Assembly: GCA_045632065.1 (NCBI GenBank)
Contig: JAZQWA010000075.1
Coordinates: 3,957 to 67,956 of the forward strand
Length of the DNA stretch: 64,000 bases
Direction: 5' to 3'
Origin: Eubacteriales bacterium
GTDB lineage: Bacteria; Bacillota; Clostridia; Oscillospirales; CAG-272
Below the pieces are notes generated by a model that was given only the letters and a program-made list of their open reading frames with translations, had not been told where the DNA came from and made no database searches. Positions 9,154-20,119 of this stretch are shown piece by piece. The first letter of the stretch is position 1. Each line of letters begins with the position of its first letter. Position numbers and translations under genes: made by a program.

Positions 9154-11484
9154 TTATTTGCAAAGAGCAGCCGACAAAACGTCAGAGGCGTCCTTGCATG
9201 GAATGAAGCGGAGATTAGACCTTGCCTCCTCGTCAATATCGTCAAGGTCGCGCATGTTATCCGCAGGGATAAGAACTGTGCTGACTCCCGCGCGATATGC
9301 GGCAAGTGTCTTTTCTTTAAGTCCGCCTATGGCGAGCACCTTTCCTCTGAGTGTAATTTCGCCCGTCATAGCAACCTCGCGTTTTACAGGAATGTTGCCC
9401 AGCGCGCTAACCATAGCGGTAACCATTGTAACACCTGCAGAGGGGCCGTCCTTGGGAATTGCGCCTTCGGGGAAGTGAATATGAATATCCTTGTCCTTGA
9501 AGAAATCGGGGTCAATGCCATAATCCTTTGCGATTGTTCTTACGTAGGAGTGAGCGATTTTAGCAGACTCCTTCATAACCTCGCCAAGCGAGCCTGTAAG
9601 CTCAATTTTACCGTTGCCGTCCATAACTGCAACCTCAACCTTGAGAAGATCTCCGCCAACGCTGGTGTATGCAAGACCGTTAACAATGCCAACCGAGTTT
9701 TCTGCCTCGATTTTTTCGTGGATTACCTTGGTTTTTCCAAGGAATTCGGCAAGATTTTTCTCTGTGATTCTCACAGATTTCGCATTGCCCTCGGCAATTT
9801 TCTTGGCGCTCTTTCTGATGAGCGAAGCAATTTCACGCTCCAGGTTACGAACACCTGCTTCCTTTGTGTAACCCTTGATAAGAGCAAGGATACCGCCGTC
9901 TGTCATCTTGAACATTTTGCCCGAAATGCCGTTACGCTTCAGCTGCTTGGGAATGAGGTGGTTCTTTGCAATATTAAGCTTCTCGGAATCGGTGTAGGTT
10001 GAAAGCTCTATAATCTCCATTCTGTCAAGAAGGGGAGTAGGAATTCCGTCATAGCTGTTTGCCGTAGCGATAAAGAGCGTGTCGGACAAATCAATGGGAA
10101 TTTCCATGAAATTGTCACGGAAAGACTTGTTCTGCTCAGGGTCAAGCACCTCAAGCAGAGCAGAGGTGGGGTCGCCTCTGAAATTAGATGACATTTTATC
10201 TATCTCGTCAAGAACAATGACGGGATTTTCGGTTTTTGCATTGATAATCGCGCTGACGATTCTACCGGGCATAGCGCCAACGTAGGTCTTTCTGTGACCG
10301 CGTATTTCAGCCTCGTCGTGCATACCGCCAAGAGAAACTCTGGCGTATTTTCTGCCAAGCGCTCTTGCTATGGAAGCCGCAACCGAGGTTTTACCAACAC
10401 CGGGAGGGCCAACAAGACAAATAATCTGGTTTTTTACGTCGGGTCTGAACTGCTTAACTGCAACGAATTCGAGAATTCTGTCCTTCACCTTTGCAAGACC
10501 GTCGTGGTCTGCGTCGAGAATATCCTGCGCCTCGCTAACCGTCACAGCCTCGGTGGATTTAATTCCGAAGGGATAATCAAGGCAGGTGTCAAGGTAAGCG
10601 CGGATAACAGTGCCCTCTGCAGCGCCAAAGGGTGTTTTTGCGAGCTTGGAAAGTTCCTTATAGAGCTTTTCTCTTATCTCCTCAGGCATATTAGCCGCTG
10701 CAATTTTATCATCATATTCCTTGATTTCGTCGTCCTCATCCTCGCCGAGCTCGGACTGAAGAGCCTTTATTTGCTCTCTGAGGAAATAATCCTTCTGATT
10801 CCTATCAATCTTCTCGCGTACCTGCTTCTGAATATCGTGCTCGCACTGGAGAATCATAAACTCCTCGCCAAGAGCAACAAGCAGGCGTTCAAGCCTTGTT
10901 TTTGCGGTGATGGCTTCAAGCACAGATTGCTTATTTTTATAGTCAATAACTGCGCAGGAGGCTACAAAGTCGGCAAAGTATGCAGGATCGGCAATAGCCT
11001 CTGCGGCAATGCGCATTTCTTCCTCAAATGTGGGGTGCAGGCCCTTGATTTGACGAAGAATATTTTTAACCTCGAGCATAAGAGCCTCACAGTGATTCGT
11101 AGGCTTGAAGCTCTGCTTTTCCTGCTTTGAGGTCACGGTAGCGAGAAGGTATCCGGAATCCTCTTTGATTTCGTTAATCTTGGCTCTTGAAATGCCCTCG
11201 AAAATTACTGACAGATTGCCGTGGGGGTTTTTAACCACGTGCTTTATCTCGGCAATTACGCCAATTTTGTAAAGATCTTCGGCTCTCGGGTCCTCAGTGG
11301 CAATATCCTTTTGCGCCACAAGCAAAACACGGGCGTCATGCATTGTTGCTCCGGCGGTAAAGGCCTTGAGCGAAATGGTACGCATGATTTCTATGTTAAG
11401 CTGCACAGCAGGGAATGCGACAAGACCTCTGAGGGGAATCAGGGGCAGGGTAACTTCTTCATATATTTCAATCTTTTCAGACAT
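9154..11484 (-). CDS. lon: ATP-dependent Lon protease (LonA)
   Basis: N-terminal LON domain, Walker [10 protein letters not shown], and the proteolytic serine motif [11 protein letters not shown] 11484 (MSEKIEI) is preferred over GTG 11499. Confidence 0.95.
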   Translation of the reverse strand: MSEKIEIYEEVTLPLIPLRGLVAFPAVQLNIEIMRTISLKAFTAGATMHDARVLLVAQKDIATEDPRAEDLYKIGVIAEIKHVVKNPHGNLSVIFEGISRAKINEIKEDSGYLLATVTSKQEKQSFKPTNHCEALMLEVKNILRQIKGLHPTFEEEMRIAAEAIADPAYFADFVASCAVIDYKNKQSVLEAITAKTRLERLLVALGEEFMILQCEHDIQKQVREKIDRNQKDYFLREQIKALQSELGEDEDDEIKEYDDKIAAANMPEEIREKLYKELSKLAKTPFGAAEGTVIRAYLDTCLDYPFGIKSTEAVTVSEAQDILDADHDGLAKVKDRILEFVAVKQFRPDVKNQIICLVGPPGVGKTSVAASIARALGRKYARVSLGGMHDEAEIRGHRKTYVGAMPGRIVSAIINAKTENPVIVLDEIDKMSSNFRGDPTSALLEVLDPEQNKSFRDNFMEIPIDLSDTLFIATANSYDGIPTPLLDRMEIIELSTYTDSEKLNIAKNHLIPKQLKRNGISGKMFKMTDGGILALIKGYTKEAGVRNLEREIASLIRKSAKKIAEGNAKSVRITEKNLAEFLGKTKVIHEKIEAENSVGIVNGLAYTSVGGDLLKVEVAVMDGNGKIELTGSLGEVMKESAKIAHSYVRTIAKDYGIDPDFFKDKDIHIHFPEGAIPKDGPSAGVTMVTAMVSALGNIPVKREVAMTGEITLRGKVLAIGGLKEKTLAAYRAGVSTVLIPADNMRDLDDIDEEARSNLRFIPCKDASDVLSAALCK

Positions 11485-11604
11485 TTTTGTTAATCTCACT
11501 TTCGTATGCGCATATAAAATCAGTATATTATAACATATTTAAAATAAAATGTCTATACCTTTCATAAAATTAACAAATTATGCAAAATCTTTTTATTATT
11601 TTGA

Positions 11605-11633
11605 TTGACTAAAACAAATGAGTGTGATATAAT
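11605..11633 (+). promoter_or_regulatory. sigma-A type promoter of ruvC
   Basis: TTGACT (11605-11610), 17-nt spacer, then TATAAT (11628-11633) with an upstream TG. Confidence 0.55.
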
Positions 11634-11682
11634 ACTTTATAATGGAATTTTATGGTCATTTTATGGAAGGGAGGCTTTCTTT

Positions 11683-12183
11683 ATGAGAATACTTGGAATT
11701 GACCCGGGACTTGCTACGGTTGGTTGGGCTGTTATTGAGAGTGAAAGAGGAAATCTCCGTCCTATTGCATTTGGCGCAATTACGACTCCAGCGCATACGG
11801 ACATAGAAGCCAGACTTCTTATGATAAAGAACGACCTTGAGACGATTATAGACAAATATTCTCCTGAGGAAATGGCGGTTGAGGAGTTGTTCTTTAACAC
11901 AAACATTACCACAGGTATTGCAGTTGCCGAAGCGCGTGGCGTTATACTGTGTACTGCTCATGCAAAGGGAGTAAAAATCAGCGAATATACGCCTTTGCAG
12001 GTAAAGCAAGCGGTGGTTGGCTATGGAAAGGCAGAGAAGCATCAGGTTATCGCAATGGTAACGTCTATTTTGCGACTCAAGAATCCTCCTAAGCCCGACG
12101 ATACGGCAGACGCGGTTGCGATAGCCATTTGCCACTCCCAGTGTCTGGGCTCAAAAATCGGTAAGTATTACAATCAGAGGTAA
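11683..12183 (+). CDS. ruvC: crossover junction endodeoxyribonuclease RuvC
   Basis: MRILGIDPGLATVGWAVIE start, preceded by GGAAGGGAGG. The C-terminal DTADAVAIAICH motif is present. Confidence 0.9.
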   Translation: MRILGIDPGLATVGWAVIESERGNLRPIAFGAITTPAHTDIEARLLMIKNDLETIIDKYSPEEMAVEELFFNTNITTGIAVAEARGVILCTAHAKGVKISEYTPLQVKQAVVGYGKAEKHQVIAMVTSILRLKNPPKPDDTADAVAIAICHSQCLGSKIGKYYNQR

Positions 12184-12189
12184 AAGAAT

Positions 12190-13059
12190 ATGTGGATTGC
12201 AGATAATTGGAAAGAATATACGGTAATAGATACATCCTCAGGCGAAAAGCTTGAAAGATGGGGAAAATACACTCTTGTACGCCCCGACCCTCAGGTAATT
12301 TGGAAAACCGAGAAGAAAAATCCTCTTTGGCGCACCGCAGATGCAAGCTATAAGCGCAGCAGATCGGGCGGTGGAGCATGGAGCGATAATAGGCTTCCTG
12401 AAAGCTGGGTTATTTCCTACGGCGACCTTTCCTTCCGCATAAAGCCTATGGGTTTTAAGCACACAGGATTGTTTCCTGAACAGGCGGCAAATTGGGATTG
12501 GTTTGGAAATCTGATAAAAAAAGCAGGCAGACCGATAAAGGTGCTTAATCTCTTTGCATATACAGGCGGCGCAACTGTTGCCGCGGCAAAGGCTGGAGCT
12601 GAGGTTGTTCACGTTGACGCGTCAAAGGGTATGGTTGCGGCAGCAAAGGAAAATGCAAGACTGTCAGGCCTTGCTGATGCGCATATCAGATACATAGTTG
12701 ATGACTGCAAGAAGTTTATCGAAAGAGAAATTCGCAGAGGCAATAAGTACGACGGTATTATTATGGACCCGCCCTCTTACGGCAGAGGACCTACAGGTGA
12801 GGTGTGGAAGATAGAGGAAAATATAGACGATTTTGTTGCCTTGACAGCAAATCTCTTGTCGGACGAGCCCTTGTTCTTCCTCTTGAATTCTTATACAACA
12901 GGTCTTTCGGCATCTACTATGAAATACATAACCTCTACACGACTGCTTAACAAAAGAGAAGGATATTCCGAGGCAGACGAGCTTGGGTTACCTGTTGAGA
13001 ATACAGGACTTGCTTTGCCTTGCGGCTCGAGTGTCCGGGTTACATTTAGCAAAAAATAA
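12190..13059 (+). CDS. class I SAM-dependent methyltransferase (RlmI/RlmK-like, Methyltrans_SAM type)
   Basis: LNLFAYTGGATVAAA (SAM pocket) and IMDPPSYGRGP motif. Confidence 0.75.
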   Translation: MWIADNWKEYTVIDTSSGEKLERWGKYTLVRPDPQVIWKTEKKNPLWRTADASYKRSRSGGGAWSDNRLPESWVISYGDLSFRIKPMGFKHTGLFPEQAANWDWFGNLIKKAGRPIKVLNLFAYTGGATVAAAKAGAEVVHVDASKGMVAAAKENARLSGLADAHIRYIVDDCKKFIEREIRRGNKYDGIIMDPPSYGRGPTGEVWKIEENIDDFVALTANLLSDEPLFFLLNSYTTGLSASTMKYITSTRLLNKREGYSEADELGLPVENTGLALPCGSSVRVTFSKK

Positions 13060-13072
13060 GATTGGAACAACA

Positions 13073-13963
13073 ATGAAGGATTATATTATAAAAACCGAAA
13101 ATCTCGGTTTTACCTATACCGAAAATGACGATAGCGATATTGTCAGAGCTGAGGATATTCCTGCTCTTGCAGATGTAAATATCAACATTGAACGCGGCGA
13201 ATACGTGGCAATACTCGGTCATAACGGCTCAGGAAAATCCACCTTTGCAAAACTGCTTAACGTCATTTTAACACCCACTGTTGGAAAGATATATATTGAC
13301 GGTATCGACATTACGTCTGATAACTTTACCGAGGATGACGTATTCAATATTCGTCGCAAGGTTGGCATGGTGTTTCAGAATCCCGATAACCAGCTTGTTG
13401 CCACCGTAGTTGAGGAGGATGTTGCGTTCGGTCCTGAAAATCTTGGACTTCCGAGAGAGGAAATTCGTAGTCGCGTTGATTCTTCACTTTCTCTTGTTGG
13501 AATGACGGAATACAAATCTCATGCTCCTCATAAGCTTTCTGGTGGACAGAAGCAGAGAGTTGCCATTGCGGGTATAATTGCTATGAAGCCAGAAATTATT
13601 ATATTTGACGAGTCTACAGCAATGCTTGACCCAAGGGGCAGAAAAGAAATCGTTGATATAATGGAGAAACTGAACAAGGACGAGGGAATTACCGTCCTCA
13701 ATATCACGCATTATATGGAAGAGGCAGTCAGAGCTGACAGAGTAATTGTCATCAATGATGGCAGAGTATGCCTTGACGGTACACCTAAGGAGGTGTTCTC
13801 AAACGTTGAGAAGTTAAGGGCTATCGGACTTGACGCACCTCAGGGCAACGAGCTTGTCCTTGCGCTTCGCGACACAGGCTGTAAAATAAAAGGAGATTGT
13901 CTTACGGAAAATGAGTGCATAGACCTTCTCTATGACTTTATTTCCAAAAACAAAGGAAATTAA
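13073..13963 (+). CDS. ecfA1: energy-coupling factor transporter ATPase EcfA1
   Basis: Walker A GHNGSGKST, signature LSGGQKQRVAIA, Walker B IIIFDEST. First gene of the ecfA1-ecfA2-ecfT cluster. Confidence 0.9.
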   Translation: MKDYIIKTENLGFTYTENDDSDIVRAEDIPALADVNINIERGEYVAILGHNGSGKSTFAKLLNVILTPTVGKIYIDGIDITSDNFTEDDVFNIRRKVGMVFQNPDNQLVATVVEEDVAFGPENLGLPREEIRSRVDSSLSLVGMTEYKSHAPHKLSGGQKQRVAIAGIIAMKPEIIIFDESTAMLDPRGRKEIVDIMEKLNKDEGITVLNITHYMEEAVRADRVIVINDGRVCLDGTPKEVFSNVEKLRAIGLDAPQGNELVLALRDTGCKIKGDCLTENECIDLLYDFISKNKGN

Positions 13964-13964
13964 A

Positions 13965-14828
13965 ATGAATGAAATATTAAAGCTTGAAAACGTTTCCTTT
14001 GTTTACGGAAAGGGAACGCCCTTTGAGAAGGTTGCGCTTGATAACGTCAGCGTAGCATTTGAAAAAGGAAAGATTACCGGTCTTATCGGTCATACCGGCT
14101 CGGGTAAATCTACTCTTGTAAATCTTCTTAACGGCTTGTACAAGCCCATGGAGGGTAGAGTTTTCCTTGACGGTAAGGACATTTGGGAAAATCCTAAGGA
14201 AATATCAAAAATAAGAGCCCGTGTCGGACTCGTTATGCAATATCCCGAGTATCAGCTTTTTGATGAAACTGTGCTTGCTGATATAGGTTTTGGCCCTCGC
14301 AACTTCGGTCTTTCCGAGGACGAGGTTAAGACAAGGGTATTTGAAGCGGCAAGATTTGTTGGACTTGCTCCCGATTTGCTTAATAAATCTCCATTCGAGC
14401 TTTCGGGTGGACAGAAGAGAAGAGTCGCTATTGCAGGTATCGTGGCTATGCGCCCCGACGTGCTTGTTCTTGATGAGCCTGCGGCAGGTCTTGACCCAAG
14501 AGGCAGACGTGAAATTCTCGGAAGCCTCAGAGAGTATGTACGTGAGTTTAATGCATCTGTAATATTAGTCAGTCACTCTATGGAGGATATGGCGCATTAC
14601 TGTGATAATCTTGTGGTTATGAATTCTGCCAAGGTTTATCTTCAGGGAACTGTAAGCGAAGTCTTCTCCCAGCCCGAAACTCTTACGGCTGTTGGACTTG
14701 ACGTTCCTGTGATTTCTCATATTGCAGCCGAGCTTCAAAAACGCGGAATAGAGCTTTCGGGTGAGCTTTATACGGTCGATGGAGTGAAAAATGCTATCCT
14801 GGATTATATGAAGGGAGGCAAAAAATGA
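13965..14828 (+). CDS. ecfA2: energy-coupling factor transporter ATPase EcfA2
   Basis: Walker A GHTGSGKST, LSGGQKRRVAIA, VLVLDEPAAGLD. ATG 13965 directly follows the ecfA1 stop. Confidence 0.9.
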   Translation: MNEILKLENVSFVYGKGTPFEKVALDNVSVAFEKGKITGLIGHTGSGKSTLVNLLNGLYKPMEGRVFLDGKDIWENPKEISKIRARVGLVMQYPEYQLFDETVLADIGFGPRNFGLSEDEVKTRVFEAARFVGLAPDLLNKSPFELSGGQKRRVAIAGIVAMRPDVLVLDEPAAGLDPRGRREILGSLREYVREFNASVILVSHSMEDMAHYCDNLVVMNSAKVYLQGTVSEVFSQPETLTAVGLDVPVISHIAAELQKRGIELSGELYTVDGVKNAILDYMKGGKK

Positions 14829-15685
14829 TTTCAGATATTACTCTCGGACAATTCTTCCCGGGCAAATCCCCGATTCATAGATTAGACCCGAGAACGAAAA
14901 TACTTTTGGCAACAATTTTTATCGTATCGGTCTTTGTTGCCAATAATCCTGTGGCTTTTTTAATTGTTTTCATCACATCAATTATCTTGGTTGCAATAAG
15001 CAAAATTTCCTTTAAGGTCGTTTTAAAAAGCATAAAGCCTATTTTAATCATCCTTTTGTTTACTGCGCTTTTAAATATCTTTATGACAAAGGGTGAGGGT
15101 GAGCCGCTTGTTCATTTTGGCTTTATTCAGATTTACACAGAGGGTATCGTAAGGGCTGTAATGATGGCTCTCAGAGTTGTTTTGCTCATTGTGGGCACAA
15201 GCATTTTGCTTACCTATACAACCTCTCCGATTTCCTTGACCGACGGTCTTGAGGCATTGCTTTCGCCTCTCAAGCGGATAAAGGTGCCTGTTCATACCTT
15301 CGCAATGATGATGTCTATCGCGCTTCGTTTTATTCCTACTCTTATTGAGGAAACAGAGAAGATTATGAATGCGCAAAAATCAAGAGGAGCCGATTTTACA
15401 TCCGGAACTCTTGTGCAGAGAGCCAAAGCGCTTATTCCTCTTCTTGTTCCGCTGTTTGTTTCGTCATTTAAAAGAGCAGAGGAGCTTGCAACGGCAATGG
15501 AATGTCGCTGTTACAGAGGTGATAAGAACAGAACCAAGCTCGTAAAGCTTGAATATAAGGCTAATGATTACCTGTATCTGACCCTATTGACCTTATTTAT
15601 GGGAGTAATTATTTGCCTTGCAATCTTGCCTTATAAGCTTAATTTTGGCGGCGCAATTTTTGATATCCTGTTTTATAAGGTTTAA
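14825..15685 (+). CDS. ecfT: energy-coupling factor transporter transmembrane protein EcfT
   Basis: ATGA overlap with ecfA2. CbiQ-type polytopic protein with the conserved AL.SRG loop (NAQKSRGADF). Confidence 0.9.
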   Translation: MISDITLGQFFPGKSPIHRLDPRTKILLATIFIVSVFVANNPVAFLIVFITSIILVAISKISFKVVLKSIKPILIILLFTALLNIFMTKGEGEPLVHFGFIQIYTEGIVRAVMMALRVVLLIVGTSILLTYTTSPISLTDGLEALLSPLKRIKVPVHTFAMMMSIALRFIPTLIEETEKIMNAQKSRGADFTSGTLVQRAKALIPLLVPLFVSSFKRAEELATAMECRCYRGDKNRTKLVKLEYKANDYLYLTLLTLFMGVIICLAILPYKLNFGGAIFDILFYKV

Positions 15686-15699
15686 TTTTGGTGAAGTTT

Positions 15700-16443
15700 A
15701 TGAAATATTTTTCTAAAATAAAATATCTCGGAACAAATTTTCATGGCTTTCAGGTTCAGCCCGAACTCAGAACTGTGCAGGGCGAGCTTAACGCGGCTCT
15801 TAATGAGGCTTTTGGTCTTCCTTGCAAGGTGACAGGCTGCAGCCGTACAGATGCAGGCGTTCACGCAAACGAGTTTTGCCTTACAGTTGAGTGCGACGGT
15901 GGCACGATTCCCGCAGACAAGCTTCCTGTAGCTGTTGCAAGGTTTCTGCCCTGGGATATCTCTCTTTTTTATGCAGAAAGATGCGATGACAATTTCCATC
16001 CAAGGTACGACGTTAAGGAAAAAGAATATCTTTACAGAATACTCAATTCGAGGGTAAACAACCCATTTGAGTTCGGACGAGCATGGTTTTTGCCACGGAC
16101 AATTACCGATGACGGCCTTGATGCTATGCGCAAGGCGGCCAGCCATTTTATTGGAAGACATGATTTTTCTTCCTTTATGGCAGAGGGCTCTGACATAGAG
16201 GATACCGTGAGAAACGTAACGTCGCTCGCTATTGACAGAAATGGCGATTTTATCGAAATTCGTATAAGTGCAGACGGTTTTCTTTACAATATGGTACGTA
16301 TTATCGTCGGTACACTTTGCGAGGTTGCTTTCGGTAGAATCTCACCATCTGACATTTCAAATATTATTGATTCAAAGGACCGTAGCAGAGCAGGCATGAC
16401 AGCTCCCGCAGACGGACTTTATCTTAACAAGGTAACCTACTGA
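15700..16443 (+). CDS. truA: tRNA pseudouridine(38-40) synthase TruA
   Basis: YLGTNFHGFQVQP and the catalytic GCSRTDAGVHA motif. The gene follows ecfT, as is usual in Firmicutes. Confidence 0.9.
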   Translation: MKYFSKIKYLGTNFHGFQVQPELRTVQGELNAALNEAFGLPCKVTGCSRTDAGVHANEFCLTVECDGGTIPADKLPVAVARFLPWDISLFYAERCDDNFHPRYDVKEKEYLYRILNSRVNNPFEFGRAWFLPRTITDDGLDAMRKAASHFIGRHDFSSFMAEGSDIEDTVRNVTSLAIDRNGDFIEIRISADGFLYNMVRIIVGTLCEVAFGRISPSDISNIIDSKDRSRAGMTAPADGLYLNKVTY

Positions 16444-16486
16444 TTTTTTCCAATAAAACCAAAGATTTAATAAAATACTTTCCATT

Positions 16487-16526
16487 TCCGTGTGACAAGA
16501 TTTAATAAATGTCACACGGATTTTTT
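16487..16526 (+). terminator. rho-independent terminator after truA
   Basis: TCCGTGTGAC / GTCACACGGA 10-bp stem followed by TTTTTT. Confidence 0.75.
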
Positions 16527-16540
16527 ATTGGAGCAGTAAA

Positions 16541-18904
16541 ATGAGTCGAACAAATAAAGTGATTAAAATAATAGGACTGACAATTTTTATTCTGACTGTT
16601 CTTGTTATATTAGCATTAGGGATTGTTGGTATATTTATTTATAAAAATGTAAATTTCGAAGCGGATGAAAGGCTTTTTGATAGCTCGCGAAGCTTTAATT
16701 CAACCTCCTTTTATGCAAATGAGGCTATTGGTGGAGAGTATAAGCCTGTACTCATTGAAACATCGGGAAGCATACGAAAAAGCCACTATTCACTTGATGA
16801 AATCAGCGGTTATGTGAAAGCAGGCTTTGTTGCGGTTGAGGATAAGATTTTCTATGAGCATGAGGGCGTTGATTTCAGGCGAACGTTGTTAGCGGCGGTA
16901 AACTATCTTCTGAAGAGAGATAAGGTGTTTGGCGCTTCAACCATAACTCAACAGGTGGTAAAGAATATAAGCGGAGATAATCAGCAAAAGCTTTCAAGAA
17001 AAATTTCGGAAATCGTAAGAGCCTTTCATATAGAACAAAAATACACTAAGGACGAGATTTTGGAGGTGTATTTAAATATAATTCCAATGAGTGAGAATAT
17101 CTACGGCATTGGCTCTGCTTCCAAGGCTTATTTTGGAAAAGAGCCAAATGAGCTTACTCCTGCCGAAGCGGCAACTCTTATTGGCATAACAAATGCCCCA
17201 AGCGCTTATAACCCATATAACAATCCGAATGCGTGTAAATCCAAGCGTAACGTTGTATTAGGTGTAATGCGCACCGACGGAATAATAACTGAAGCAGAGT
17301 ATAATAAGGCTATAAACGAGCCGCTTGAGGTAATACCGAGAGATGAGGCAGAGGACAGATTTGATTCTTGGTTTGTTGAGGTCGCAATAGATGAGGTAGT
17401 TTCAGGCCTCGCTTTAAAGTATAACATTACACCATCAGCAGCGCGAATCATGCTTTTGGGCGGAGGGTATAAAGTTTATACAACTATGGATATTGAGGCG
17501 CAGAAAATTCTTGAGGAATATTTCGAAAACGAGGCAAATTTTCCTGCAGAAACATCAAATGGGCTTAATTATGCCATGACTGTCATTGACTCAAAAACAG
17601 GAGATTTGTCAGCGGTTGTGGGTAGAGTGGGAAAAAAACGAGGAAACCGACTGCTTAACCATGCTACAACGCCTCACATTCCCGCATCAACGTTAAAGCC
17701 TATTGCGCTTTATGCTCCGCTAATTGATAATGGCTCGATAAACTGGGCAACAGTTTTTGATGATGTACCTGTGGAGTTTCACGAGTCGGACGGAGAATAC
17801 AGGGAATATCCTCTGAACTCTCCAAACGTTTACGACGGACTTGTTACAGTCAAGGATGCTTTGAAAAATTCAAAAAATACAGTCGCGGTAAGACTTGGTA
17901 AAATGCTTGGGGTAAATAACGTATTCCAAAATCTGAAAAACAATTTTGGCATTGACAGCCTTATTGATAGTGAAAATGGAGTAACAGACAAGGCGATAGC
18001 TCCCATGGCTCTTGGTCAGCTGGGACGGGGAATCAGCCTTTTGAAGCTGACTGAATGTTATTCATGCTTCGCCAGTGACGGTGTTCATAGAAATGCTCGC
18101 TCATATATTGCACTTGCAGATTATAACGACAATGTAGTTATGACGTCAAAAAGGGAAGAAAACAGAGTCTTTAAGCAGTCAACGGCAAGGATAATGAATC
18201 AGATGCTGATGACTGTTACAAAAAGCGGCACGGCATCTTCAATAAAGCTTAAAAATATTGTTGATACGGCAGGAAAGACAGGCACATCAAGCGGTAACAG
18301 GGATAAAATGTTCGTGGGATATACTCCATACTACGTAAGTGGAATATGGTGTGGGTATGACAGGGCTAACGGTGACGTGGCATCTCTTTCAAAAAGCCAT
18401 CTTGCAATCTGGGATGACGTAATGCTCAAAATCCATGAGAAAAGGCTAAAAGAAGGCGTGATAGAGTCCTTTTCAACCGATGGACTTATGTATCTGCCAT
18501 ATTGTATGGATTCGGGTGGTATATATTCAGAGGTTTGTGTATACGACCCGAGAGGAACAAGGCGCGATTTCGGCTATTTTACTCCCGATAATCAACCCAA
18601 TGGACCTTGTGGCAGGCATATTTTATGCCTTTATGATGCGCAAAGCAAGGCTGTTGCCTGTGAAAAATGCCCGAAGGAAAATCTTGTAGGTGTGTCTTTA
18701 ATTTCAGTGCCGGATAGAGCCTTCCCAAAGCAAATTTACGTCACCGACGCGGAGTACGTATACCGAGATATAGACGCATACGTGGAAAGACCGATTGATT
18801 ATACCGTGCCGTACTTTGAATATGCTCTTGATGATGGTGTGTTTGTTGGAATAAGTAAAAGAAAAAAGCAATTTAATTCAAATTGCTATATTCACTCGGA
18901 TTAG
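16541..18904 (+). CDS. class A penicillin-binding protein (glycosyltransferase + transpeptidase)
   Basis: N-terminal TM anchor; GT51 motifs EDKIFYEHEGVD and GASTITQQ; transpeptidase motifs STLKP and KTGTS. Confidence 0.9.
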   Translation: MSRTNKVIKIIGLTIFILTVLVILALGIVGIFIYKNVNFEADERLFDSSRSFNSTSFYANEAIGGEYKPVLIETSGSIRKSHYSLDEISGYVKAGFVAVEDKIFYEHEGVDFRRTLLAAVNYLLKRDKVFGASTITQQVVKNISGDNQQKLSRKISEIVRAFHIEQKYTKDEILEVYLNIIPMSENIYGIGSASKAYFGKEPNELTPAEAATLIGITNAPSAYNPYNNPNACKSKRNVVLGVMRTDGIITEAEYNKAINEPLEVIPRDEAEDRFDSWFVEVAIDEVVSGLALKYNITPSAARIMLLGGGYKVYTTMDIEAQKILEEYFENEANFPAETSNGLNYAMTVIDSKTGDLSAVVGRVGKKRGNRLLNHATTPHIPASTLKPIALYAPLIDNGSINWATVFDDVPVEFHESDGEYREYPLNSPNVYDGLVTVKDALKNSKNTVAVRLGKMLGVNNVFQNLKNNFGIDSLIDSENGVTDKAIAPMALGQLGRGISLLKLTECYSCFASDGVHRNARSYIALADYNDNVVMTSKREENRVFKQSTARIMNQMLMTVTKSGTASSIKLKNIVDTAGKTGTSSGNRDKMFVGYTPYYVSGIWCGYDRANGDVASLSKSHLAIWDDVMLKIHEKRLKEGVIESFSTDGLMYLPYCMDSGGIYSEVCVYDPRGTRRDFGYFTPDNQPNGPCGRHILCLYDAQSKAVACEKCPKENLVGVSLISVPDRAFPKQIYVTDAEYVYRDIDAYVERPIDYTVPYFEYALDDGVFVGISKRKKQFNSNCYIHSD

Positions 18905-18954
18905 TATTTACTTTTTGACTTTCTTGTGCTAAAATATAGCAAAAGGAGGGCATT

Positions 18955-19461
18955 ATGGAATACGAAATCAAATATTCAAATCGCAAAACAATAGCTTTGT
19001 GCATAAAGGACGAAAATGTAGTAGTTAAAGCCCCCTTTTTTACACCTAAAAGTAAAATTGACTCTCTTGTAAATTCTCATAGAGAGTGGATAGCTAAAAG
19101 CATCGAAAAGCAGAGAATAAAAAACGCAAGATTTGAAGGACTCACGGACGAACAAATCAAGGAATTAAAGCGTTGCGCAAGAATAATTTTAACTCATAAA
19201 ACACAGTATTACGCAAATATTATGGGGTTAAAATTCGGCAGAATTACAATAACCAGCGCAAAAACAAGATTTGGCTCCTGCTCGAGTGAGGGCAATATAT
19301 CATATTCCTACAGGCTGATGCTATATCCCGAGGAAGCCATAGATTACGTTGTAGTCCACGAGCTATCCCACCTGGTTCACATGAATCATTCTGCGGAGTT
19401 TTATAAGCTCATAGAATCTGTTTTGCCGGACTATAAAAAAAGAAGAATACTATTAAAGTAA
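18955..19461 (+). CDS. YgjP-like (DUF45 / M48-type) zinc metallopeptidase
   Basis: HELSHLVHMNH (HExxH) lies near the C-terminus of a 168-aa protein. Confidence 0.7.
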   Translation: MEYEIKYSNRKTIALCIKDENVVVKAPFFTPKSKIDSLVNSHREWIAKSIEKQRIKNARFEGLTDEQIKELKRCARIILTHKTQYYANIMGLKFGRITITSAKTRFGSCSSEGNISYSYRLMLYPEEAIDYVVVHELSHLVHMNHSAEFYKLIESVLPDYKKRRILLK

Positions 19462-19468
19462 GAAAAAT

Positions 19469-19498
19469 GGTTGCACAGAAAATCTGCGCAACCTTTTT
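19469..19498. terminator. bidirectional terminator between convergent genes
   Basis: GGTTGCACA / TGCGCAACC stem followed by TTTTT. It is flanked by an A-run on the other side. Confidence 0.6.
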
Positions 19499-19955
19499 AT
19501 ATTTCGATTGTATGACTTATAAGCCGATCGCCCTCGTAGCAGAGCTTTAAAGAGAAAAATCTATTTTCTGTTTCCAGAAGCTCGAAGAAGATTTTATCAC
19601 CCTCCCAGATAGGCAGGGAAGAAACATCCTCTTTTTTTACCCATTCAAGCTTACCCTCGTCACAGTTATAGTCGATTTTGCCTTCAAACTCGTCTGCGGT
19701 GAACAGATGCATATATTCAGTGCCGTAAAGGTCGGAAACAAAGGTTACGATACCGCGATATTGAAGCTTTTCAACATCAAGCCCTGTTTCTTCCTTTATT
19801 TCACGTCTTGCACAGTCAAATGGAGTCTCGCCATCCTCAAATTTTCCGCCAACGCCAATCCATTTATCCTTATTCATATCGTTTTGCTTCTTTATACGGT
19901 GTATCATAAGATACGCTCCGTCTTTCTCAATATAGCAAAGAGTCGTATTAAACAT
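19497..19955 (-). CDS. NUDIX hydrolase (MutT-like)
   Basis: Nudix box GVGGKFEDGETPFDCARREIKEETGL. ATG 19955 is preceded by GCGAGG. Confidence 0.85.
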   Translation of the reverse strand: MFNTTLCYIEKDGAYLMIHRIKKQNDMNKDKWIGVGGKFEDGETPFDCARREIKEETGLDVEKLQYRGIVTFVSDLYGTEYMHLFTADEFEGKIDYNCDEGKLEWVKKEDVSSLPIWEGDKIFFELLETENRFFSLKLCYEGDRLISHTIEI

Positions 19956-20038
19956 ATAATAACCTCGCTTTCTTATATATTTTATCATTTTCAGGGTAGA
20001 ATTTCAAGTAAAATAATATAATTTTTAAAGAAAATCAC

Positions 20039-20081
20039 TTGACTTTTCATACAAATAGTGTATAATGATTAAGTGCTTAAT
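20039..20081 (+). promoter_or_regulatory. marR promoter with downstream palindromic operator candidate
   Basis: TTGACT (20039-20044), 16 nt, then TATAAT (20061-20066). This is followed directly by the palindrome ATTAAGTGCTTAAT (20068-20081) and the AT palindrome TTAATTAATTAA. Confidence 0.45.
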
Positions 20082-20119
20082 TATTAATTAATTAACGATT
20101 ATTTGAGAAAGGAATGTTT

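Noticed and set aside
8941-11130. Long plus-strand ORFs (8941..10002 at 353 aa, 10294..11130 at 278 aa, and others) lying opposite engB and lon.
   Set aside because: They are antisense to genes with unmistakable motifs: Lon Walker A, PKDGPSAG, and the EngB G-motifs. They have no SD-plus-start signals and give low-complexity, Cys/Leu-rich translations. They are shadow ORFs.
18955-19461. The YgjP-like metallopeptidase considered as a marker of a restriction-modification or defence locus.
   Set aside because: No methyltransferase, restriction or specificity subunits lie nearby. The neighbours are a class A PBP and a NUDIX hydrolase.
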